Source: Vicugna vicugna
Lineage: Eukaryota
Length of the DNA: 64,000 nucleotides
Assembly: GCA_013265495.1 (NCBI GenBank)
Contig: MU058584.1
Coordinates: 5,338,508-5,402,507, forward strand
Direction of reading: 5' to 3'
In this document: piece after piece, positions 50,864-61,040 of the stretch
Numbering within the stretch: the stretch's first letter is position 1
Layout of the letters: each line of letters opens with the position of its first letter
Position numbers and translations under genes: made by a program
The notes under the pieces: model-generated
Database searches by the model: none
What the model saw: the letters and a program-made list of their open reading frames with translations, nothing else
What the model was told of the DNA's origin: nothing

Positions 50864-50975
50864 AGGCCCCGCCCCCTCCGCGCCGGCGATTGGCCTGCCG
50901 GGCCGCTAGTGGGCGGGGCGCCGGCCCGCCACGGCGCGGTATATAGTAAAGGTAGGGCGTGCGCCCGCAGCCAAT
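50864..50975 (+). promoter_or_regulatory. ATP1B1: ATP1B1 core promoter: GC boxes, inverted CCAAT, TATA-like box; inferred upstream TSS ~50965-50970
   Basis: GGCCCCGCCCCC at 50865-50876, ATTGG at 50889-50893, GGGCGGGGC at 50911-50919, TATATAGTAAA at 50940-50950, CCAAT at 50971-50975. The TSS is inferred from TATA spacing. Confidence 0.85.
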
Positions 50976-51379
50976 TTCTCGGCTCGTGGCGGGCACCTGG
51001 GTCCTGGGTCCGCAGTCCGTTTGTCTGTCCTTCCCTCTGACTTTCTCCTGCCCCCTGCCCGTCTCTGCAGAGGTCACAGGAGGCGGGGGCCGAGCACGCG
51101 TCCCCGGCGGCAGCGGCAGTGGCAGCTGCGGGTTCGCGGGGCCCCCGAACCCCCAAGGGCAAGAGGAGCGCGTGGCAGACCGAAGAGAGCCCGTGAGCGG
51201 CCGTGCGCCCACCAATAGGTGCGGGGCTCGGAGCCGCCCAGCCTGCGGGGTCACGGCAGCGGCGGGTGCAGCCTGCGGAGAGCCAGGCCGGGGACGCCGA
51301 CCGGCAGCCGGAGAGGACGCGAGGGCGCACGCCGCAGTCACCCACCCTCAGTCCCCGCGGCGGCTGCTGACCCGCCACT

Positions 51380-51476
51380 ATGGCCCGCGGAAAAGCCAAG
51401 GAGGAGGGCAGCTGGAAGAAATTCATCTGGAACTCGGAGAAGAAGGAGTTTTTGGGCAGAACCGGTGGCAGTTGGT
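51380..51476 (+). CDS. ATP1B1: Na+/K+-ATPase beta-1 subunit, coding part of exon 1 (97 nt)
   Basis: ATG at 51380 in strong Kozak context (gccactATGG), with an in-frame TGA 12 nt upstream. Translates [32 protein letters not shown], the known ATP1B1 N-terminus. Ends at donor GGT|GTAAGT (intron starts 51477), phase 1. Confidence 0.98.
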
Positions 51477-54400
51477 GTAAGTACGGGGTCCGCAGCTCTC
51501 GCCCCTGGCGCCTTGTCTCTCTGGATAGGCGCATCCCCTGCGCAGGCTCTGCGGACCGCACGGCTCGCTGCGCGCTGCCGAGGGCGGCGGGGCATCGGGT
51601 GCTGAGCGCTGCTGGGATCGCGCCGGCCTGGGCTTGTCATCCTCTGAGGAATGCGGAGACCCCGGATAGGCGCGGGCTGGGGGCGGGAGCACGCCGGCCA
51701 GAGGGTTATGTATATTTTAGCGGTTTTAGTGATTTGCAGTCTATCTGAGCGTCGCTTGAGCCCTTCCGTCCTGGGGATGGTCAGGCTCTGGGAGACTACA
51801 TTATGTCTGTCCCGATAGTCATGTCCCAAGTCCTAAAAAATGAGATTTGAGGCCATGAGAGAACCACACGAGGGTAATCGGATCGAATGCAGGCGAGGTT
51901 GTGTATTACGGCACCATTCTTCGAGTCTAAATGTGTACCTCAAAAGGAGGAGGCGGCAGAGGGGTGGGTGGCAGAATCCATCCACACTGCAGCATTTCGT
52001 AGCGATGCCCAGAGTTTCCCCCGGTGACCTCCCCTGGAGTCGTCATAGCCCAGAAATGGCCCAGAAAGCTCCATGGCAGGACTCCGTTTCTGAGCCGTGG
52101 CCCCGAATCATGGCAAAATCTGGCTGTTTTCAGTGTCTAGAGAGAGACTGCAGAATCAGTAGCTTGGGTTGATGAGGGTGAAGGGTTGGTGTAAGAAACA
52201 AATGGCACAAAGGCAGAAGCAGGTCATTTTATGAGATTTTGGGACAGCTGTTGCTTGGCTGGGTAGACTTTTTTCCCCCTATTGAAAATTAGATTCCTTA
52301 CTTGTCTTCCACCTCTACACGTGAAGGGTGACATTTTTTTTAAAGGTCATTTTGAAGGACAGAGTTGTAGGCAAATCTATAGAGTCGTGATTGCGGGGGG
52401 GGGGGGAACTCCCCCCTCCTGCATCACTGCCCCCTCCTCCTTCCCTAATATCATCACCATCATCATCATGGACACCACTAGCACCACCACTGCAGCCACT
52501 AAGGGAGCCCTGGTAGGTGCTGATGCGGTGTTCCTGATTGGGAGGATCTGTGAGCATCGGCATGAGAATGAGTCAGGGAAATAGTGCTTGGCTGACATTT
52601 TGAAATGGAAGAGGCTGGAATATGTGATTTTTGTAAGGAAAAAAAATGCAGCCTTGTAGTGGGTTTCTCTTGATTGAAAAGTAAAGGGTTAATAATGCAT
52701 CACTCTTCAAGGTTAGTCAAGGTGAAACCTCATCACAGCCCTGTGCTTCCCAGCATAGGTATTCCTAAGCCATGTTAAATCTAGGTCTTTAAAGAGGTGG
52801 GTTTTAGCTTATATTTTGTATTTTTTTATCTTGGGAAGACTCTGTTCTTCAATGGGATTATTGCCATAGTTTCTCATGCATTAAAAGATAACTCTCTGTG
52901 TTTCCTAAATGTGGAAGGGAAAACCTGAAGAACCTTTGGTGTGGGGGGTGAACAGCTCCCTGCCATCTCCTAGCTACTCCTGGTAACTTGAGTGAGGCCT
53001 GGGGGGTGCACTGCGGAATGGGGCCCCTTCTCCCGGATTCACTGGAGGTTCCTGCCCTGGTGATCTGACTGACCCCAGCCTCAATGTCATGTCATTGACT
53101 CCAGGCATATTGTAATATTTGCCCTCTTGTATTTTCCCTCCTCATAAAATATATTTCTTTCCTCATTCCAATTCCAAAATAATATTTGCTTTAGAGGGCA
53201 AGGCAGTATGGAACAACTTGTTCTGTAAGCTGGTGTTTAATAAGGCAGCACCTCCAAATGATAGAGAAGGAGAGAGAATATCCATGTCTTGATACCACAT
53301 ACAGCAGGGTGTCAATACACTGATTAATGAATGCAGACACCAGGACTGGGGCTCCTGTCTCATCTTTCCTTCCGTTTCTCAGGGTGCAGGTGCTGGGCTA
53401 AAAACCCAGGTTTTATTTTGCGCTAATACGCCTGCTCCTTTCTGGCAAAGTAAGAAATGACAGAGGCTCTCGTAAGCGGAGAAAGTGGCAGTGGTGGCTG
53501 TCTCCTGTGGAGAAAGGCCACCTTGCCAGCACTGGGCCCAACACGGATGCCCTTGGGACCAGGGCAGGTTGTCCTTGGTTCAGTTCTGCCCCTAGGTAGA
53601 TTTTCACCAAGATGGACGCAGGAGCCTCGCCTGTCACCTGCTGGAGAAAGCGCATCATGCAGGTCACTCAGTGCCTTCCAGCTTTTCGTGAAGTTAATGC
53701 AGGCGCCCATAGGTTTTGATGTTTACCGCTGGGCTCAGGTGCCATTTTTCCTTTTGCCTGTGACCCTTTGAAGGGTGCTCTTGTTTTCCCTAACTGGAAA
53801 AGCTCTATGGTACTTGTATTTTTTTTTTTTTAAAGGAGGAGACATTGCTTAAAAGGAAAAAAAAAAAAGAAAATCTCTAAAGCTTACCCTCTGTGCCACC
53901 CCAGCCTGTTGGCACAATATGTCCCGCTTTTCTTCCCGAGCCTGCTGTGGGGGCCCCGCCACACCTGCACAACCCACTCCAACCAAATGACCTCACCACA
54001 CTCGCTGGGGAGATTGTGCTAAGTACCATCGCAGAGCAAAGGAGAAGAATCCTTCCCTTTCCTTTGGGTATAGTGTCGGGCAGATTGGAAAGGCTGTGTC
54101 TTCTCAGATGTAATCAGTGTGCTTACAAAATGACTTGTTTGTCCATAATTATGTTTGTGTTTTAAATTGTGGCCTCAATCATGGCCCTTCTCATGTTGTT
54201 AGAATCAGCTATCTGGTGTTCGCAGAATGAGTATAAAAATGCTTCCGTGCTGGAGCGGCCAGCTGCGGTTAGGCCAGGGGCGCCAAGATGAGGTGGGGAC
54301 GACAACAAAAAAAAGGATCCAGCAGTTCTCTCTCTGACCGTGTTATACCAACTCTTGCACCTCTTAGGAGCATTCACTGGAAAATTTTTCCAGATCTCTT

Positions 54401-55915
54401 GACGTCACAGCCTTGCCATTTGCCTACTGCTGCCTGGATACAGAATGCAGCACTTAACCCTTGCCCTGCGGGGAGGCACTGATTGCGTCGGGCAGCTGGG
54501 GTTCTGGATTAGACCATCTTTTCATTTTTCTTCATCTTGGCTTGTGTCTTTGCCCTTTCCCTTGTTCTTTTTTTTTTGGATAGAGGAGAGAAAGAGAGAA
54601 TTATAATTAAGCATTTTGATGTGGTTGTATATGTGTTTTGCCTGTTTTAACAACTCCCGAGTGTGATTTCCCCCAACCACTTATTTGCTGATAGAAAAGT
54701 TGAGCTTTTAAATGTGTGGAGAAGGCAATCTGGCTGATTCCAGCCACAGTGCACCCACTCCCTCCCAACATCCCTTCCAGGGCGCGCGAGTGCGCACGTA
54801 CACACACACACACACACACACACACATTTCTTTTCAATAATATTTTTGTTCTGTTGCTTGTCCCCAAGGACCCCAGCATTTAATGCAAGAGATCTGAACA
54901 TTTTTAGAAGTAACCTAAGGCTCCTTTGTGCAGTCATGTTTCAGAAGACTTGATAACCTGATGGCTCTCTGTTCCCCCTGCTGCATTCACATGGAGTTGT
55001 TTGGCTGGCATCGGCCGCCGGGCGATGCCTAGTACAGCCTGTTACTATGCGGCTAATCGGGGAGGTAATCCCTGTAAACCAGTAACTGATACCCTCATTC
55101 CAGTCTATGGGCTTCGCAGTTTGTTATTTTCTTGGTTTTTTTGGCTTTTGCTGCTATTCCAGCCTCCATTCTGTCATCCTGATAATATGGGGAAAAGAAA
55201 ATGAAGTTTATCAAGTCAGTCCTTATTCTGGGTCCAGTCAGAGATGGAATGAAAACTTGCTGGCCATTTTTACTATAGCAATTCCTTCTCCCCCGGCCTC
55301 CGTGTTTGATTTTTGATTCCCCCTGAAAGAAGAGACAGTGTGTTTGGTCAGGAAAATGTCACTGGGTTTCTCAGCATTCATCGCTGTGTCTCAGCATAAA
55401 AACTCACAGGCATTTGAGCGTTTGGAGAAGCAGCAGACCCTGGATTGTGGCATTGAAATGTCAAGGGATAAGTCAGCAGAGAAAACACACGTCTCGAAGG
55501 GAGTATGATGTCATATTTGAAAGGCATTGCATAAGCACGAAACACAGCCCCAGATTTTATTGGTGATCTTCATGACTCTCTCTCTCTTTTTTTAATGTAG
55601 GGAATAAAGTTATTTCCTATAAAGAATCTTATTTCTGGCTGGATAGTCCTCCTACCCTTAACCACCCCTTCAACAGACACACACTAGAACGGAGGGCTCT
55701 CTGCCCAACCCTCTGTTTTTACCCCGCAATGTGGGAGTGAGGTTCACTGTCTTGATCAGTGTTGGAAAAGGAAGCTCTGAAGACCCAGGGTGGAGGGGAA
55801 GCCAGGAAGAAAGGCCATTCATCTCAGAAAGGCCGTTCATCTCTGTGACGGTTAGCCTTGCATCCTGAGCATGTGACTGCATCATAGTCTTTTTGTTTGT
55901 CTGTTTTCCTTGCAG
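51477..55915 (+). other. ATP1B1: ATP1B1 intron 1 (4439 nt, GT-AG)
   Basis: Bounded by GTAAGT and a pyrimidine tract/CAG; splicing preserves the reading frame. Few recognisable transposon remnants compared with the upstream region. Confidence 0.95.
54782..54827. repeat. (GC)n + (CA)13 microsatellite in intron 1
   Basis: gcgcgcgagtgcgcacgta(ca)13t. Confidence 0.9.
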
Positions 55916-56044
55916 TTAAGATCCTTCTCTTCTACGTAATATTTTATGGCTGCCTCGCTGGCATCTTCATCGGAACCATCCAAGTGATGCTGCTCACCAT
56001 CAGTGAATTTAAGCCCACGTATCAGGACCGAGTGGCCCCACCAG
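55916..56044 (+). CDS. ATP1B1: Na+/K+-ATPase beta-1 subunit, exon 2 (129 nt, transmembrane helix)
   Basis: Polypyrimidine tract plus TGCAG acceptor ending at 55915. Joined in phase 1 to exon 1 it reads (F)[42 protein letters not shown](G), the ATP1B1 TM segment. Donor CAG|GTAAAA at 56045. Not in the ORF track; translated by hand. Exon 3 not found in the window. Confidence 0.98.
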
Positions 56045-57838
56045 GTAAAATGAACGTGAATTAGTTCGGTTCTTCCATAGCAAAGAGGGGTGTCACTTTT
56101 TCAATTGCAAAAACATTCTTCTGAAAATTGCCTGTCATGTGGTCTTCAGCCCAGCCTAGAAAGGAAAACCAGGAACTTCATTCTGTTGCAGGCAGATCTC
56201 CTTCCCGCATTGCAGGCAAAGCTCCCGGGGGCTGCAGACATCATCTTTTCACAGCTCTGCGGGGAGGGGGAAGAGCCCTGGTCCTCCACCCAGCCTGCCA
56301 CCAGCTCTGTGACTCCCATCCAGGGAGGGCCGCCTTCTTTCATCTCTAACATCCCATGGGTGGGTCAGTGGGATCATTTGGGGGCCTTTCCGGCTCTCAT
56401 GCACATTTTTCACTTTCTCAGAGGGACTATGACTCAGATACATCCTTTAAAAAACCACGTTGGCTACTGTTTTTAAAGGTTGACTTATTTTTAGGGATGA
56501 TGAGATGCTCTGAAGTGGCCACCTACTCCCAGGGAGAGGAGAGGTGACTTCAGGGGTCCATTCTCCCACCTGCTGTCAGCGGGCAACTTGACTTTGAACA
56601 AAGGCACTCTGTTTTCACTACTTAATATTTATACCTGTTTGTTGAACAGTCTTATTACTGGCTTCCTGGGCCCACTTTATAGGTTAATTAACTGCCTCCT
56701 CTAGCTCTGAAAATGGGGGGCAACAAAGAGGTCATCCTAGACAAATGCAAAGTGCCACACGAGTGCCCTGCAGTGATTTGTGTGCAGTCACTGTTGAGTG
56801 ACGGGCACCATGGGCGTGCATATCCACGCTGGTCCCTAAAGCCCAGGAAGGGCCACTGCCATCATGCCTGAAGCTGACAGGACAGGACAGCAGAGCCACC
56901 TCAGCATGATTGTTCCGTTGGTGATTGTACTGCCCTGCTCTTCTAAAAGTCATTGTCAGGAGGACCTCGAGAGAGGAGATGTTGCATAACTTCTGAGTTC
57001 TCACATTATCAGTGACCTTGGGGCTGCTGCCGGGGGTGGCAATGACGCGTCCCCCTCTCCACTTTCCCTGGGCAACAGTTTAGTAGCAGCTGTACTGAGG
57101 TGACAATCTCGAGGCTGTCTTCATGGTCCTGAGCGGCCTTGATCGAGTGTGGCGGCTGGTCGCAGACTTGTTGTGTTCACCTCCTCCCCCTTGGGTATGA
57201 GAAAGACTCTCAGAAGAAATTCTCCTGAATCTGGGGGTGGAAAACACTGGTCTTTAGCCCCAAGTTCAATAGTCCTCTGCTATAAGAAAAACCCTAAATA
57301 TTTCTAGGTAAATTTAGGTCTAGGGGATTTTGGAAGTGAAAAAAAAAGAAAACATGTAAGTATAGAAAATGATTGAAACCTGCTTAATAATCCACAGTTT
57401 CAAGCAGCTATTTCCCAAAAGAGGCGGGGTCGGGGGAGTCTGTGGAAAGGTTGAAGCAGGAATTCTGGTGTGCACAGAGAAACGTAGGATCTTAAATAAA
57501 CATGTTGGACACTGGTGTTTGTGACAGTAAGCATGGTGTGTCTTTTCACATTCACTCCTGCTAGGATTTTTACAGTAGTATTAGTAGTCGTAATTTAAAT
57601 ATGTGTGGAACTTTTTTTTTTTGTCCATTTAAAAGCTATTTTTCAATCATGATAACATTTTCTAGTATTTCTTTTACTCAAAGTCAAAGGTAACCCCAAA
57701 GTCAAGCATTTTCTTTCATTTCTCAGATTTAAAAAATGGTTCTTGAGTCTATAAACTTTGGGGAGTCAGTTAAAATTAAAAATTTTCTTCATGTTCTTTG
57801 CAGAAAGGGAAATTTCACTTTCAGAAAGAAATAGCCAA

Positions 57839-58058
57839 GACAACAAGGTCCTACTGTATAACCCAGGGAACAATATTCAGTATCTTGTGGTAACCTGTAA
57901 TGAAACAGACCAGTTACCTATAATGAAACAGACCAGGCAAAGGAATATATGTATGTACATGTATGAGTGAACTATTATGCTGTACACCAGAAATTGACAC
58001 AACATTGTAAACTGATTATGCTTCAACTGAAAAAAAAAAATTCAAACAAAACGAAACA
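57839..58058 (+). mobile_element. L1 3' end in ATP1B1 intron 2 (sense orientation)
   Basis: caacaaggtcctactgtata...tgctgtacaccagaaattgacacaacattgtaaactgattat plus A-tail; TSD AAAGAAATAGCCAA/AAAGAAGTAGCCAA at 57825-57838 and 58059-58072; internal 23-bp tandem duplication at 57890-57935. Confidence 0.9.
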
Positions 58059-58654
58059 AAAGAAGTAGCCAAAGTGCTGGACTTTTAAAGGAAGGACTTG
58101 CAAATGACCTTGCCTATAAAATCTCCTGTCTGAGTTGCTCAGTCCTTCCAACACCCTCTCTCCCTGCACCCCAGCCTCCCCTTCCTTCCAGCCCCTTCCT
58201 AAAAGACACATTCTTAGTACCTATATTTAGTGTCCTCACAGCAGTTGGACTGACCTGACCAACCGTCACTTCTCCAGAGGAATGCTGGTGGCTCATCTTA
58301 GAAATATGCATTCCTGTCCTTTGGTCTGAGTCACAGGAAAAGTGCTTCCTTCCACAGTCCTCCATCTTCCCTGTCCTGTGCCCGGGGTTCTTTGTCATTT
58401 CTCTGTCTCTCCTTTTCCTCGTCCCCTCCCCGATCACCTTGCCAGGAGAGTTGAGGCCAAGCTCCCTTTTGCCCTCGCCTTTCCCAGGGACCTGACATTC
58501 ATCTGAAAATGATAGTGGCCTCTGAGCAGGAACGCCAGGTCGGCAGAGCACTTGCTGCCAAGAAAGGCAGCCCGTGGACCCTCCCTGAGTGCTCTCAGGG
58601 ACCTGAACCGGCCCCTCCTCCTGGTGTCTTTCGGAGCAAGAATTTGTATTTTTA

Positions 58655-58790
58655 GGGGAAGGGTGTAACTCAGTGGTAGAGTGCATGCTTATCAGACACG
58701 AGGTCCTGGGTTTAATCCCCAGTACCTCTATTAAAAATAAAGAAACGTAATTACAACCCCCCCTCCAAAAAAAAGCAAACAAAAAAATAA
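58655..58790 (+). mobile_element. Vic-1-type SINE
   Basis: ggggaagggtgtaactcagtggtagagtgcatgcttatcagacacgaggtcctgggtttaatccccagtacctcta plus A-rich tail. Confidence 0.88.
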
Positions 58791-60691
58791 ATGAACTTCA
58801 ATTTCCACAAACCAAATGAGTGTATGGAAGAATACCCTGGCAATTTTTTGGCTTCAACTTAATATCTCTAAACCTCTATTTTCATGGCAGTTAGAGAGGG
58901 AAACTGTACATTTAAGTCAGATGATCCTAGTGAATGTGAAAGAGCTGGTCCGTCATTTAAAGGTGTAAAGACATATCAGTGCTGTCATTAACTGAACTTG
59001 AGTCATGAACCCAGGTTCTGACTGACTGGGTTTTGACCACCCTTTTCGCACTGGATCAGGTCTCTTCTAAATAACACGTGAATGGGGCCAAATTAAGGAG
59101 TGGCAATTGTGCACATTTGGGTCTACATGTCTGTGATACTGGGTAAGCGGCTGGGCCAACCACAGGAGCCTCAGAAAAAGGACGAAATCATCGAACAAGT
59201 AAAATGTGAGGACAGATGGACAACAGGTAGAGTTCCTGGCCCTGAGCAGTGCTGGCCATCATTGCACATGGCATTCCTTACAGTCCTGCTGCCGTGGGAT
59301 GTTGGAACAGATCTGCCTCCTTAGCCTGGAAGGCCAGGACTATTGAGATAGTATGTGGAAACATATTAAATTGCTATTTTTGTGGACCAAAAATGGTTGT
59401 TTCTTGGCAGTTTCACGTGGCCTAACCTAAGTATGAAAGCAGCCCCTGAGGTTCTAGGCCATGACACACAGTTCCCAAAAATGTTGACCAGAGATGCACA
59501 AGCAGGCGGTGTGGAGTTGGACACAGTCCCACCATTACACACAGTACTTAACCTCACTAAGCCTCAGTGTTCCCATCTATAAAATGGGAGTAATACTCTG
59601 TGAGGATTAAATGAGGTAATAAATACATGTAAAGTGAATAGTACTTTATAGTAGCAAACCTAGTGGCATTAGGTAAGGCTATTAACCGCCACCTCTATTT
59701 TTATAGCCGTACCCTTTCACTAGAAGCAGTAGTTTGGGGTTTTCTTTGTTTTTTGTTTTTCCCTTTTTGGATACTGAGTTCAGTATTTCAGGCTGTGAGC
59801 TTTGGCTGATACACCAGGGATGCCTTGTACACTTACATTATCATGAAGGTCATAGAATCTTAGCTTTCTGTGAAAAGTGTTTAGAAGTTGGATTCGTAAA
59901 CATGTTTAAGAAAAACGTTTTCAGTGCATTTAATTGACCTTGTGTTGGTTCTGTAATCTCTCCCTTTAAAATGCCCACATTTGTTGGCTCAGCCCCTGCC
60001 CAGCGTTCGTCCCTGGGGGACCCTTTTAGGAAGGTCCTCAGCGGCGGTCACTGGCATCTCTTTTTACCCTGCTCCTGGTGTTGGATCTGGAGAAGGCAGG
60101 AGGCACACGGGCGTGCACGCTCCCACACACACTCACCGGCCCCGGTGTGACCCTGCACTTCGCTCTGCGTGTCCCATGTTTAACGGAAAAGTCTCTTCTT
60201 CCATCTGTGCTGCCCCATCTGACCTCACGCCCACGGAGCCACGGTGGGATGAGGTGAAGGTCACTGGTGTCAGTCAGGGGTCCAGGGGAGAGTCCCAGCT
60301 GCCCTGCTCCTGGTAAACAGGTGTACGTGTACACTCTTGCTCTTCCTCCTCTTTGGGTTGTGGGCGGGTTTTTTGCTTTACTTTGCTTTGAAGTAAAGAT
60401 GGCTCAGTGCAGGAAGAATTCATTTTAAAAGGGTCCTATATCCAGTGAGATGGTAACCAGCATTGAGAGGAGGGAGAAGAGGGTGGGCGAAGACCAGCAG
60501 AACACACTGGCGCCCCCAGGAGACTCCATTTCATCTTGATTCCAAGAGATGTCTCTTATCTTAAAACCCATTAAGGTACAAGGTGTTGGAATTTAAGTCT
60601 CTGCATGATTAAGTACAATTCTTGAGAAGCCATTACATCAATCTCAGAATTGCTTCTTTTTTTTTTTTTAACAGAGATACATAGGTGATAA

Positions 60692-61040
60692 TTTATTTTT
60701 TAAGACTTCATTGTTTAGAACAGGTTTAGGTTTACAACAAAACTGAGAGAGTGGTCCATAGATTTCCCATAGACCCTCGGCTCCTGCTCCCACCAGCCTC
60801 CCCCGTTATCAGTGTCACTCACCAGAGGGGGACAGTTTTTACCAAGAATGAACCTGTGTATTACTGACCCCTCATAACCACCCAGAGTCCACAGTTTACC
60901 TTAGGAGTCACTCTTTTTTTTTTTTTTTTTCAGTTGAAGTATCATCAGTGTACAATGCCGTGTTAAATTCTGGTGTACAGCCTAGTGATTCTGTTATACA
61001 TACGTGTATTCCTTTTCATATTTACAGGCTATGATAAGAA
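60692..61040 (-). mobile_element. Old L1MC-like 3' end (60692-60912) abutting a short young L1 3' end (60914-61040)
   Basis: tttagaacaggtttaggtttacaacaaaactgagag...cagagtccacagtttaccttagg; then poly-T and ttgaagtatcatcagtgtacaatg...tctggtgtacagc. Confidence 0.75.

Larger units (their letters stand above)
50170..51700. promoter_or_regulatory. ATP1B1: CpG island over the ATP1B1 promoter, exon 1 and start of intron 1
   Basis: Abrupt rise in GC content and CpG density relative to the CpG-depleted flanks; boundaries judged by eye. Confidence 0.93.

Noticed and set aside
50686..51561. 291-aa minus-strand ORF and other long overlapping ORFs across the promoter
   Set aside because: Stop codons are scarce in a CpG island; the translations are low-complexity Ala/Gly/Pro/Arg with no recognisable domain, and they overlap the real ATP1B1 exon 1.
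51477..51748. C-terminal part of the 122-aa ORF starting at the ATP1B1 ATG
   Set aside because: Read-through into intron 1; similarity to ATP1B1 ends exactly at the GTAAGT donor.
58114..58782. 222-aa minus-strand ORF in intron 2
   Set aside because: Begins inside an antisense-read SINE, has a non-ATG start and resembles no protein family I recognise.
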